Of a DNA stretch of 64,000 nucleotides, positions 19,235 to 33,452 are shown one piece after another. The notes beneath the pieces are model-generated. The model made no database searches. It worked only from the letters and a program-made list of their open reading frames with translations, and had not been told where the DNA came from. The position numbers and the translations under genes are program-made. Every line of letters begins with the position of its first letter. Positions within the stretch are counted from its first letter, which is position 1. Source of the DNA: Eledone cirrhosa (taxonomy: Eukaryota); assembly GCA_964016885.1 (NCBI GenBank), contig OZ024754.1:44454001-44518000 (forward strand), given 5' to 3'.

Positions 19235-19270
19235 CTTTACCGGTTTCGCAGTTCTTCTGCTTTTCAAAAG
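19235..19270 (-). ncRNA. Minimal hammerhead motif with U3-A8 compensatory core
   Basis: Minus strand: ctt-TTGAAAA-gcag(aagaa)ctgc-GAAA-ccgg-TA-aag. A copy with stem II partly deleted lies at about 63154-63182. Confidence 0.6.
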
Positions 19271-19385
19271 TAGAGTTGAGATGGAGGGTCTCTGGTTTTT
19301 ATCACATCGGAGAAAACCACAATGTGAGAAAAACCACAGACCTTCCATCTCAACCCTTCGGCATTTTCGATTTCATCTTTTTTCC

Positions 19386-19430
<45 letters not shown>

Positions 19431-19464
19431 AGATCAAAGGATGGTTAAAGGAGTTCCATATATT

Positions 19465-19527
19465 TTATTATGCGCATTTCAAAAACAAACATCATCAAGC
19501 AATAATATTTGTGTTTTCATCAGATAA
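19465..19527 (-). ncRNA. Hammerhead motif, inverted twin of 19848-19910
   Basis: Reverse complement of the + copy, in the other arm of the 19425-19951 inverted repeat. Confidence 0.72.
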
Positions 19528-19847
19528 AACAGGAGAACATGATATGAAGGCTAAGAAAACACTTGTTGATAGTGCAGTTTTTAATCAACATATGAAAAGT
19601 GGTTTTAGATTGATGTGTGATATTGGGAAAAATATTTTATTTAGAGAGGAGGGGGGGAAAGGATGAAAAGGGAAGGAGATGAGAGGGAGAGATGGGTGAT
19701 AGAGAGAAAGAGATAGTTTTTATAACTGAGAAAAAGATATATTGTTTTAATATAGAGAGGTTGGGAACCGTTGGAAGATAATGTATAAATTAAAGGAATT
19801 TGAAAATTAACGAAGGGAAATTATGTATTAATTATCTGATGTATTAA

Positions 19848-19910
19848 TTATCTGATGAAAACACAAATATTATTGCTTGATGATGTTTGTTTTTGAAATG
19901 CGCATAATAA
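19848..19910 (+). ncRNA. Minimal type-I hammerhead ribozyme motif (canonical core)
   Basis: ttat-CTGATGA-[16-bp stem II aaacacaaatattatt/gatgatgtttgttttt with G-U pairs and one mismatch]-GAAA-tgcgca (palindromic stem III)-TA-ataa. Confidence 0.75.
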
Positions 19911-20035
19911 AATATATGGAACTCCTTTAACCATCTTTTGATCTTATATTATGCATACTCCAGTCCCACAAACTGTAGAGTGCTTCTTATCCGATATCTG
20001 CATTGCTTTATTGTACTACAATAAAACTCACCTCC

Positions 20036-20717
<682 letters not shown>

Positions 20718-20755
20718 TTACACATTTCACAATGCTTCAAGCAAACTTTAACACC

Positions 20756-20792
<37 letters not shown>

Positions 20793-21474
20793 GTGTGTGT
20801 TATATTTTATCATTACATATATTACCATCTATATTATTGTTATTATTATTTTCATTAATATTAATCTTACTTCTATTGAATGTTTTCTATTGAGAACACA
20901 CTTCGTAATCAGCGGCAGGAGAGTGGGATGGTACCCCCAATAATTATATTGTTCTCCCCAAACTACCAAAACACACATCTATTTGTATATGAGCTACAAT
21001 TTATGTACATGTTATGTTTATCACATATCGAAGTTTTCTAACCATTTTAAGTTGCAAATGGCTAAACAGCCATTATTAAGCTGCAGCTGTTATATTACAT
21101 CATTTCTATGTAATAAAGCCATTGTTATACATACATGTGTCTGTGTGAAGGCGCATGGCTGGCATTGGGCTGGCAATTGGAAGGTTGTGAGTTCGATTCC
21201 CCGATCAAGAGATGCGTTGTGTCTGTGAGCAAGACACTTTATTTTAAGTTGCTCCAGTTTACTCATCTGTAGAAATGAGTTGCGACATCACTGGTGCCAA
21301 GCTGAGATTGTGAGTTGGAGATTTGCATTGCTTTTATCAATTGCCATACACTTTGTTTTGGTGATGATTGGGCTTGCAATTTGAAGGTTGTGAGTTCGAT
21401 TCCTCGATCGGCTGATGAGTTGTGTCCTTGAGCAAGACACTTTATTTTAAGATGCTCCAGTTTTCTCTGTTGAT

Positions 21475-21985
21475 TGGAGATTGGCATTGTTTTTATCAGT
21501 TGTCATACACTTTGTTTTGGAGATGTTGATGTGTAAGCCAGCTTCTAGTGAATGTTTGGCCAGTACATTCAGAAAGTTTTGCAGGTCAGTTCTAGAGTAA
21601 CTCATGGTGGCCAGATCGTCTGCATAGCTAAGAAATCTTAGCTGTGGCATTAAAGATTCAAACGATACTATCCTTACTTCCAAAGATGATATCCTTGAAA
21701 ACTGGGCTAAATTCTATGAAGAACTGTACTTTAGCAACCCAGAACCAACAACCATTAATGATTCGACATCAGATGCCATTCCATTTATCTTAGCTAGCGA
21801 GATATATCATGCCATCAAAAATTTGAGGCAAAGAAAAAGCCCTGGACTGGACAACAGATACTCAGAATTCATCAAAGCTGGAGGTGAACCAATTATCAAA
21901 GCAATTCAACATCTTTTTAACTGTATTATCTCTACAGGAAAAAGCCCAGACATGTTCAAGAAAGCATTTATAGTTGTACTCTTTG
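21475..21985. mobile_element. LINE (RTE-like) with two RT-ORF fragments joined head-to-head
   Basis: - strand LRFLSYADDLA...AGLHINISKTKCM; + strand ILENWAKFYEELY...AIKNLRQRKSPGLD..SEFIKAGGE...FKKAFIVVL. Confidence 0.75.
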
Positions 21986-22192
21986 TTCTAGTGTAGGACA
22001 GAACTGAGGAGAGACACAAAATAAAAACCTAGCCACTGAGGAAGTCACAGATTATGTGACGAAAGAGCTTTGAAAATATATAAACAACCATCCGGTTATT
22101 GAACCAACCAACCGGAAATTTATAATAATAAATTGAAGTGAAAACCAACAGGTGCGTGTGTTTTGGCAGCATGGCCCACCCAAAGTATAACA

Positions 22193-22234
<42 letters not shown>

Positions 22235-22479
22235 CGGTGAGATCGTATTTCGGCATTGGCCAAAACAAAACGAAACGCAATCTTCGAGATACGCCGGCAA
22301 GTGCTCAATGGACTAAGAAGAAACCAGAGCAATTAATATACGTTATAAAGGCCAGACAAAATGAAAACAGTGGTCGTGAAGTCAACAGTCACCATAGCCA
22401 AAAAAACGAATAAAGCTAAACAGGTTAACAAAAAATATATATACGCCTTCAATCAAATCTACTGGCTTTTATCCAACAG

Positions 22480-22735
22480 GCGGAAAAGAACAATATGCTG
22501 GCTGCTGAACAAGGATAGATATGAGTTAAACCACTTTGGAAAAGAGGATGCACTGAAACATCCATATTCCTTTCCTTCAGGTGAAACTCTCATGGCATCC
22601 AACATCAGAGACTTGGGAATAATTGTCGATAACAACATAAGCAATGTTGACATGGCCCGCAGAATGTCTTCCTGGATTCTCAGAACTTTCCAGTCGAGAG
22701 ATTTCCACACCATTATCCTTCTCTTCTCAGTTTAG
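22480..22735 (+). mobile_element. CR1/L2/jockey-group LINE RT C-terminal fragment
   Basis: NIRDLGIIVDNNIS..MARRMSSWILRTFQSRD. Confidence 0.65.
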
Positions 22736-22736
22736 G

Positions 22737-23997
22737 AAGTGTTATATTTTACCTTTAGCGTGGAGCTATTACCAGTTAAAGGGGGGTTATATTTTACCTT
22801 TAGCATGGAGCTATTACCAGTTAAAGGGGGGTTATATTTTACCTCTAGCATGGAGCTATTACCAGTTAAAGGGGGGTTATATTTTACCTTTAGCATGGGG
22901 CTTTTACCAGTTAAAGGAGGGTTATATTTTACCTTTAGCCTGGAGCTTTTACAATTTAAAGGAGGGGGGGGTTATATTTTACCTTTAGCGTGGGGCTTTT
23001 ACCAATTAAAGGGGGGTTATATTTTACCTTTAGCATGGGGCTTTTACCAGTTAAAGGGGGGTTACATTTTACCTTTAGCATGGGGCTTTTGCCAGTTAAA
23101 GGGGGGTTATATTTTACCTTTAGCATGGGGCTTTTACCAGTTAAAGGAGGGTTATATTTTACCTTTAGCATGGGGCTTTTACCAGTTAAAGGAGGGTTAT
23201 ATTTTTACCTTTAGCATGGGGCTTTTACCAGTTAAAGGGGGGTTACATTTTACCTTTAGCATGGGGCTTTTACCAGTTAAAGGAGGGTTATATTTTACCT
23301 TTAGCATGGGGCTTTTGCCAGTTAAAGGAGGGTTACATTTTACCTTTAGCATGGGGCTTTTACCAGTTAAAGGAGGGTTATATTTTACCTTTAGCATGGG
23401 GCTTTTGCCAGTTAAAGGAGGGTTACATTTTACCTTTAGCATGGGGCTTTTACCAGTTAAAGGAGGGTTATATTTTACCTTTAGCATGGGACTTTTGCCA
23501 GTTAAAGGAGGGTTACATTTTACCTTTAGCATGGGGCTTTTACCAGTTAAAGGAGGGTTACATTTTACCTTTAGCATGGGGCTTTTACCAGTTAAAGGAG
23601 GGTTATATTTTACCTTTAGCATGGGGCTTTTACCAGTTAAAGGAGGGTTACATTTTACCTTTAGCATGGGGCTTTTACCAGTTAAAGGAGGGTTACATTT
23701 TACCTTTAGCATGGGGCTTTTACCAGTTAAAGGAGGGTTATATTTTACCTTTAGCATGGGGCTTTTACCAGTTAAAGGAGGGTTACATTTTACCTTTAGC
23801 ATGGGGCTTTTACCAGTTAAAGGAGGGTTACATTTTACCTTTAGCATGGGGCTTTTACCAGTTAAAGGAGGGTTACATTTTACCTTTAGCATGGGGCTTT
23901 TACCAGTTAAAGGAGGGTTACATTTTACCTTTAGCATGGGGCTTTTACCAGTTAAAGGAGGGTTATATTTTACCTTTAGCATGATGCTATTACCAAT
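22737..23997. repeat. 45-bp minisatellite, about 28 units
   Basis: Unit ttaccagttaaaggagggttaYattttacctttagcatggggctt. Confidence 0.95.
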
Positions 23998-24465
23998 TTT
24001 GCATGAGTTAGTTAAGTATTAGTGTTAACCCTTACTTATGGTAATGAATCTTAGATAATGACTGAAAGAATACGATCATGAAAGCAAGTGACTGAAATGG
24101 GGTTCCTCCGAAGGGTCTTTGATGTAACATAACTCAATAGAATGAAAAGCTCGGAGATGAGAGTCACACCAGGTAGAGCCACTACTTCTCCAAATTGAGA
24201 GATCACAGCTCTGATATTATGGACTCATTAGGAGGCATATTGTATAAAAAGTGAATAAAACAACTCCTTACTACAGACAGTTAGTGCACAACACTATATA
24301 TATAAATGGTCCAAGTACTAGACAGCACTTCAACACAGCTACTGTGTTTAGAGCAAGTTAAACACGGAACTACAGAAGGAGACTAGACTGTAAGGTGATT
24401 AATTGATTGAGTATAAGTAACCAATGAGAGATTGTGTTGTTAGGGAGAGGGAAAGCAGGAAATAA

Positions 24466-25135
24466 CCACTACACTACCACTACCACTACTACTACACCAC
24501 TACCACTATTACTACGCCATCACTACCACTACTACTACACCACCACTAGTACTACACCACTACCACCACCACCTCCACCACCACCACCACCACTATCACT
24601 ACCACCACCTCCACCACCACTACCACTACACCACCACTATCACTACCACCACCACCACTACCACTACCAGTAGCACCATCGCTACCGCCACCACCATCAC
24701 TACCACCACCACAACCACCACCACCACCACTACCACTACCAGTAGCACCATCACTACCACCACCACTACCACCACCTCTCCCACTACCACTACCACAACC
24801 TGCACTACACCACTACCACTACACCACCACTATCACCACCACCACCACTACCACTACCAGTAGCACCATCACTACCACCACCACTACCACCACCTCTCCC
24901 ACTACCACTACCTGCACTACACCACTACCACTACACCACCACTATCACCACCACCACCACTACCACTACCACTACCAGTAGCACCATCACTACCACCACC
25001 ACTACCACCACCTCTCCCACTACTACTACCACAACCTGCACCACCACTACCTGCACTACACCACTACCACTACACCACCACTATCACCACCACCACCACT
25101 ACCACCACCACCACCACTACCACCACCTCTCCCAC
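24466..25135. repeat. Complex (ACC/ACT)n low-complexity tract with higher-order repeats
   Basis: accactaccactaccagtagcaccatc blocks recur. Confidence 0.85.
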
Positions 25136-25389
25136 TCATACTGATGTTAAGGTATTGTTCTCAAAATAAATAACATCAAAATCTCTTAGATTCGATATTA
25201 TGTAAGTTAATTTTTTATTGTTATTTTAATTCTTCATTTTTAATCTTTAATTTTTAATTTCTAGATTTTTTATAGTATTTTTGTGGTAAAGGCTCTCTCG
25301 GGGCGGTGGAGTGGCAGTATCGGTAGAGGGTCGGACGCCATGCTGGGGCGGTGGATTGGCAGTATCGGTAGAGGGTCGGACGCCATGCT

Positions 25390-25582
25390 GGGGCGGGGGA
25401 TTGGCAGTATCGGTAGAGGGTCGGACGCCATGCTTTGACGCATAGAGTTACGGCTCTTGCCATTCTGAGTTCAAATCCCGCCGAGGTTAACTTTGCCTTT
25501 CATCCTTACGGGGTCGATAAAATAAAGTACCAGTAATACACTGGGATAATTGCTGGCCTTGTGCCAAAAGTAGAAACAATTA
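25390..25582 (+). mobile_element. tRNA-derived SINE family B; many copies, e.g. 8815-8995, 31440-31630, 39450-39636, 43430-43625, 45390-45730, 58507-58690 (-)
   Basis: TGGCAGTATCGG A box, GAGTTCAAATCC B box, core tttgcctttcatccttacggggtcgataaaataaagtaccag, tail gctggccttgtgccaaaagtagaaacaat. Confidence 0.8.
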
Positions 25583-26911
25583 TGTAAGTTAATTCTGTAT
25601 GAGAGAGCCTTTACCACAAAAATACTATAAAAAATCTAGAAATTAAAAATTAAAGATTAAATTTAAAAATTAAAGATTAAAAATGAAGAATTAAAATAAC
25701 AATAAAAAAATTCCTCCAAGTGTGAACCTAATCTAACTGTATTTTGGTATTCTTGTGTTTGTTTCAGGCAGTGAATTGGCAGAGTTGTTAAGATGTTGGA
25801 TAAATGGCTTTACAGTATTCACCCCCACCTCATTGTGTGCTCTGAGTTCAAATTCTGCCGAGGTCAACTTTGCCTTTCATCCTTTCGAGGTTGATGAAAA
25901 AAGTACCAGTCCTGTACTGGGGTCTATCCTTCCTCAATATAAAAAAATCAACTGTGTTCAGACTTAGAGAGGGTTGGGCCCCACCAGGTTTAAAAGTGCC
26001 CTAGACACACCGTATGACGGGGCCTCTATGACTACACGAGTTATGGCATTTTATTCTTTATCATTTACATATATCATCATTGTCATCGTTTAACATCTAT
26101 CTTCCACGCTAGCAAGGGTTATACGGTATATATATATATATATCATCATCATCATCATCATCGTTTAACGTCCATCTTCCACGCTAGCATGGGTTTGGAC
26201 GGGAATTTTCCCACTTGAGGCAAAATTGGTTGTCTTGCTCGTATAGGACTGTCTGGCGGGTTTTCTACGGCTGGATGCCCTTGACGGGGTGTATTTTTGT
26301 TAGAGGTGCCTACTGACTGTAGGTTTCGCTTTGTACTTAGGCAAGGCGGGTCTTCTGTATTACTGTGTAGCGCCAAAGATCTCAGTCCAGTGGAGAGGTG
26401 TAAGTGTGTGAGGTCGGAATTTATCAAGTCGTCCCAGGTTTTTCTGGGTCTGCCTACTCCGTGGCTACCGTCTATTTTTATCGCCCTGCACTTTTTTATA
26501 CAACTGTCGTCTTTCATATATATATAGTAATAATAATAAATTTGAAGACTAAAATCCAAAGAGGGCTCGATGAGGATAAATATATATTGTTATACTTTGG
26601 GAGGGTCATGTTGCCAATAAGAAACACACGCACCAGTTGCTTTCACTCCAACCAACCGGAAATTTATTAAAAAAAATTTAAATTTATAAATTTCCGGTTG
26701 GTTGTTGGCAACATGACCCTCCCAAAGTATAACAATATCGGTTTCAACACACGTTTTCAGATAAAGAATCTTACTAAACAAATTCAGAAACGAAATATAT
26801 ATATATACCCATGCAAGCGTGGAAGATGGACGTTAAACGATGATGATGATGATGATATATATATAAAATAAAATAAACAAGTCAAATATTTAAAATTTGG
26901 CTTCGTTTATT

Positions 26912-26966
26912 ACTGCTATATATATTTCGGTGACAGCCATCTTTGGCTGTGACCTCTTCAGGCAGT
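26912..26966 (-). ncRNA. Minimal type-I hammerhead ribozyme motif (canonical core)
   Basis: Minus strand: actgc-CTGAAGA-ggtcacagcc(aaagat)ggctgtcacc-GAAA-tatata-TA-gcagt. Confidence 0.78.
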
Positions 26967-27253
26967 CCGAATTAGTGTGGTAGAGACGAGTACACATGTT
27001 GTTGAGGTGTATAACTTTGTCAATACTCTGATATGCCCAGTTCCTGGTTGGGTTGTTATTTCACTGAGGGACTGTCATCGAAATATATATAGCAGTAATA
27101 AACGAAGCCAAATTTTAAACATTTGACTTATTTATTTTATTTTACATTACTCCGGAGTAACCAAACCAACCTGCGCACTTCGTCGAGTGCTCCAATCTGC
27201 ATATTGAGGTGTTGGTATACAACCAACATATACTCAAAATTTATATATATATG

Positions 27254-27290
<37 letters not shown>

Positions 27291-28554
27291 TTTTTTTTTT
27301 TATATCTTGTCTCTCATAGTCATAGAGCAACACTGGTTAAGGTCGACAACATACAATCTCACATACTTGTGAAAAATGTATGTGTATATATGCATGTATA
27401 TGTATGTATACACATATATTTGTGTACCTCTCATTACTGTATATATAAATATAATATATATATATATTTTTTTTTATGTGTGTGTGTATATATTGCCTAA
27501 ACACTGTATGGCGTAATTCTGGCTGTTTGTTTGTTTACAAACAAACCGAGCATTATAATAGATGTTCGGTAAACCGATACGTGCATATATATATGTGTGC
27601 ATGTATGTATATATATATATACATACTACTGTACGTCTGTATACATATATGTAGGTGCGTATACATACATACTTATATTTATATATATATATATTTTTTT
27701 TTTTTATGTGTGTGTGTATATATATATATACACACATACAGTGATCTCTATCACCAACCACCACCACCACCACCACCACCACCACCACTACACACCACCA
27801 CCACCACCACCACCACCACTACACACCACCACCACCACCACCACCACCACCACTACACACCACCACCACCACCACATCCTTGTTTCATTCATTCTTTCCA
27901 GACCCACCTTCTTCCTCTTACTGCTACTCTTCACTCTTTCTTTACACACTTACACATCAACTCATACAATACCACATATATACACACACACTTATATATA
28001 CACAAACTCTCATATATATATATATATCTGTGTGTATCCTTGTTATCCCTTCTACAAAATATCAAATCACCTCAGGTTTGATCAACAGAAGAGATCTGTC
28101 TTCAAATAATATCCCTCTATCGCCACAGATGTAACTATACCACATATTATATATATATATACCATATATTATATATATATATACCACATATTATATATAT
28201 ATATACCATATATTATATATACACAGTAACTTACTTCTGATCGATTTTATATTCACAATCACATACCACATATATATTTTATATTGACAATCACATACTT
28301 TTTATATATCATATATAAACAATATAATATATACAGAATAATATACCACTTAATATTATATATAGACAATAACATACCACTTATATACTATATAAAGTCA
28401 ATAACATAACTCTTATATATTATATATATTATATACACAGGATAACATACCACTTATATATATATATATATTTTATATACACATCAAATTTGTCATTTTG
28501 AAGGCTTTAAGTAGCAATATTTCTATAAAAACACGTTATATGTTTTCAATCCAG

Positions 28555-28683
28555 GGAGATATTGAGTTCAGTGAGGACCATATGGCTGATATGATACCCC
28601 TTGAAATTGGAAAGGATTTTAAATTACCTCAAACAGATGAAACATCAATGAGCTCGCAAGATCTCTCAACAGATGAAACAAAG
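28555..28683 (+). CDS. Putative first coding exon of the bZIP gene ([34 protein letters not shown])
   Basis: ttttcaatccag| acceptor, non-repetitive open frame, AAG|gtatgt phase-0 donor matching the next exon. Confidence 0.6.
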
Positions 28684-30558
28684 GTATGTTACCTATTGTT
28701 CTCTCAGGAAAACTACCATAACCAGGTAGGGACAATATTTTTCAATAATTGTTTTTTCATTAATCCTCAAATATACATCATCATCATCACCATCGTTTAA
28801 TGTCCATCTTCCACGGTAGCATGGGTTAGACCTGTATCTGGCAGGTTTTCTACGGCTCACTGCCCTTCCTAACACCAACCACATTTACAGTGTGGACTGG
28901 GAGCCTTTTTTACCATGTCTCCTCCATGATCACTTTACAGTGTGGACTGGGTGCTTTTTGTGGTGTCACCTACATGACCACTTTAGTGTGGACTGGGTGT
29001 TCTGTAGTACCAACATAACTTTATAGAGAAAGGATGGTGTGGGTGAAAGCGGGAGGAGTAGTGAGGTGGGGTGTATATTTGGTAAGAGGTGCCTACTGAC
29101 TGTAGGTTTACCTTTGTACTGTACACAATAATTGTAAAACTTCCATCCTTCCTGAAATTCACCAATGCTACACCTGATATTCAGCCTCCAAACACACACG
29201 CACACATGTGTGTTTGTAAATATCATGACACATACATTGTTCACTTTCCTCATATTTCTACGTTATTCTATTTACTATAAAAGCACATTAAATTTGTTGT
29301 GGTGCACCTGAGCACTGTACTCAATAATAGTCCCCTACATGTCGGCTCAGGTAGCCAATAAATGAAATCATTATTGTTGCCCTGGTGGTCAGGGTCACTG
29401 TGGCCTTTTAATGGGCTTTCTCCACAAATGTCCATCCGAAGTCTCCCCCCTATTGGGGAATTTTTCATTGTTATTTTTTTGTTACATCCTCTGTTTTTAT
29501 TTTTGACACGCAGAAATGCCCATTTGTACCGTCCTGTATTGTCCTGCACTGTCCTTAATGTCTACTTTATGTAAACCCTTGTGGTTAATAAAGAAATAAT
29601 TATTGTTATTATTATTATTATTATTATCATCATTATACATACATACATATAAACATACATACATACATACATACATACATACATACATACATACATACAT
29701 GTATACATGGTGGCTGCCAACTCGTTTTCGAGTACGGCCACTACATTATACCCATGTAGGAGAACCCTTACCGATGCGCTGAACGAGTGTGACTTTCCAG
29801 TCCAGCCAGCGACTTAAAAACTCTGGTACCAACACTACACTTGTGACAATTATTGACACATAGTGCTGGGCCCATGGTACCATGTGACGACAAGTGCAGA
29901 GAGATCTCCAGATATAAAGCAATGCCTGTGCCGTGAAGCTTTTATAGTGAGCAAAGGCACTGCACAAAGCCAGTCCCACTTTCTTAACCAAGATGATATT
30001 TACCAAAAAGAAGAACAAGTCAACATCATTGGATACCATCAGAGTTGCAGGTGTTATATCAGAGTTTTCCTTCTCCTAGAATTCTGCCTTGACAAAGGCT
30101 AAGGGGTCATACATACATACAAACATACATATAAACATACATACATATAAACATACATACAAACACACATACATGAAAACATGCATACATTCATGCATAC
30201 ATACATGTATCAAGTCAGTTCTCTGCCTGCTACAGGTACCAAGTGTACCAGAACAATCTGTTTCATGGTCACCAACTAAACCTGCTCCTGGTCTGGTGTA
30301 GGAGAGTGAATGGAAACCCAGCAGCACAAATACAAGAGCTGTCAAAGTGCGAATACATACATACAAACACACACACACATATACATATATATATATATAT
30401 ACTTGGGGAGGGTCATATTGTTGTAATAATATTGCCAGAAATAATAACAGAACACACTCACTGTTTGGTTGATTTTCACTTCTGTATCTTTTATATCTCC
30501 ATAATTAATTTATTTGGCAATCAATGTTTATCATTGATTGAGCAGCGGTTAAAAATAG

Positions 30559-30590
<32 letters not shown>

Positions 30591-30882
30591 TGCAAAACCA
30601 ATATATATATATATATATATACTAGATTTACCAACTCATAATATTATAATATTATAAAATTAAATCAAATTGTTTATAACTACAAGTGAAGTCATTCTTT
30701 TCCTTTTTTCAAATATACCTAACTATACCAAGGATTTCACACATTTTCCAATATACATACATTTATTTCTCTCTATGTATACATGTGCCTATTTTCCTGC
30801 ATAAATTTTTATATTCTAGGAATGTTTATATTTATACTCTTGCAAGCAGGGAAAAGCGGACGTAAAATGATGATGATGATGA

Positions 30883-30926
<44 letters not shown>

Positions 30927-32574
30927 CATCATCATCACCATTTTACGTCCATTCTTCCATGCTAGCATGGGTTAGACGGGTTGTCCTGTTGTGAGCAGTG
31001 TCCAGTCAACTGACCTTGTTTGGCTTGATTTCTACAGCTGGATGCCCTTCCTAACACCAAACTCATTTGCAGTGAGTGTTGGGTGCTTTTTTTCCGTGGC
31101 GCCTACACCTCCACTTTACAGTGGGAGTGGGGAGGGGTATATTGTCTATATGCTTCAACTTGTACCCGTGGGAAGTCGGGTCTTCTGTATTACTGCGTGA
31201 CGCCAGAGGTCATGGTCGTGTGTCATCGCCTTTGAGAGGTGCAATTGGGTAAGGTTGACTTTTATCACCTCATCCCAGGTCTTCTTGGGTCTCCTCACTC
31301 TGTGGTTTCCATCGACTTCTAGTCCTTTGCACCTTTTTATGCAGCTGTCATCCTTCATACGCATCACATGTCCATACCAACGCAACCTCCTCTCCTGCAC
31401 ACAGCATTCGATTCCTCTTATCCTCAGTATAATAATAATAATGTTTCTACTTTTGGCACAAGGCCAGCAATTACCCCCATGCATTACTGGTACTTTATTT
31501 TATCGACCCCTGTAAGGATGAAAGGCAAAGCTAACCTCAGTGGGATTTGAACTTAGAAAGTAAAGGACCATAACTCTTTGTAGCAAAGCATGGTGTCCGA
31601 CCCTCTACCGATACTGCCAATTCACTGCCCTTTCCCAATAATAACGGATTAGAATGATATCCAGTGATTTAATAAATATATAAAAACAAATGGAGGCACA
31701 TGGCTTAGTGGTTAAAGCATTGGCCTTGCAATCGAAAGGTTGTGAGTTCAATTCTCAGACCGGGTGATGTGTTGTTTCCTTGAGCAAGACACTTTATTTC
31801 ACATTGCTCCAGTTTACTCAGCTGTAGAAATGAGATGATAGGTACTGGGGTCCCTATCATTCCACTGTAAAGTGGTCGTGGAGGTGCCACGGCAAAAAAG
31901 CACCCAGCACTCACTGTAAATGAGGTTGGTGTTAGGAAGAGCATCCAGCTGTAGAAATCAAGCCAGAAGCAGTTCCCGTCCCACCCTTGCAAGCAGCGAA
32001 AAAGCGGACGTAAAATGAAATGATGAAATGAAAGATTGGTTATTTAGAAATGTTTATTAATCAGAGCAGGTGATGCCAATATAAGCATTCAATGTTATTC
32101 TTCCAACACTCTAACAACTAAAGTATGTCCTTCAATGGGGAAAACACACATAACAAAAATAAAATAAAAGAGGAAAGCATAATGGTCAATGCCCAACCAA
32201 TTTTCTAGAACAATTATCAATGATTTTTCACTGTATACTCTAGACAGATATAAATGTAGGTGTTCAAAAACAATGACAATAACAATTCTAATTATTGTCA
32301 TTGTGAAGTCTGAAAGAAATGTGTATTAAATGAAGCCAAGTGTGAATGTTATATAAATCGGAAAATCCTTCTTAGGCTGGGAGAGGGTACTTGAGGGCAC
32401 TCCGAAATTTACTGTTTGAAGTATCATCTATGAGTTGTGTACATATATATACACGTGTGTGTACAGATATTAATGTGTGTATGTACATATATTTATGTAT
32501 ACGCGTGGGTGGATATGTCTCTTAAGTACATATATAATGGACTGTATATGGATATGAATGGATATACATGTGTG

Positions 32575-32610
<36 letters not shown>

Positions 32611-33415
32611 TTAGGTTATTCAGTAATTTTTACTTAGTACTAATATTCACCTTATATGGTAAAGCCGAGTGTATATAATAGATTTAATATGAAGTTTGTC
32701 ATGACAAAGTTTCACACAAATGTTTTTATTGATTATCAGCCAGTACATGCAGTATAAGTGGTTGGTGATAGGAAGGGCATGCAGCCATAGAAAGCTTGCA
32801 AGGACCTTTCAATCATGTCAAGGACATGGCAGCTTCCCTTGTATTGATTATCTATACAACAATCACACCCAGTACATGCTGTATAAGTGGTTGGTGGTAG
32901 GAAGGGCATCCCACCATAGAAAACTTGCCAAACAAAAGGGTGGGAGGACCTTCAGTTGAGTCAAAGACATGACAACTTCTATGTACTTCGAAGCACATGA
33001 GATCTTATGTATGTAGACCCTTGCGAAGTTAGTAACCCTATTTCATTACTGACTTGGCTTATGTAGATCCGTCCAACCCTTGCTAGCAGGAAAGGCCAAA
33101 TTTTGCTGCTAGCCCTTCCAGGATTTTCCATACATATATCGCTGCATATCTCTTCCGTCTTCACTTCGGGGAGTAGAGCTTTAGTTCTATCAGTCTCTCC
33201 CAATAGCTTATCTCTTTCATTGAAGCAGTCCTCTTGTTCTGCAGTTAGTTTGACACAGTGGAGCAACGATAGCTGAGAGCAATAATCCAGTCAGCTGGGG
33301 ATGAAAGTCCCCCAGAGGATCAACATGGTTTCCCAGTCTTTTATCCTGAAAGTTCTCAGAATCTCTCTCTCTATATATAAAGAAATCCACATATGTATGT
33401 CAGAATCTCTCTCTC

Positions 33416-33452
<37 letters not shown>

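Noticed and set aside
22644-24022. 427-aa and 261-aa repeat ORFs
   Set aside because: A 45-bp minisatellite with internal frameshifts and ORFs on both strands.
32979-33266. 95-aa minus-strand ORF as a gene
   Set aside because: Partly an off-frame read of a decayed LINE, since a neighbouring frame gives [25 protein letters not shown].
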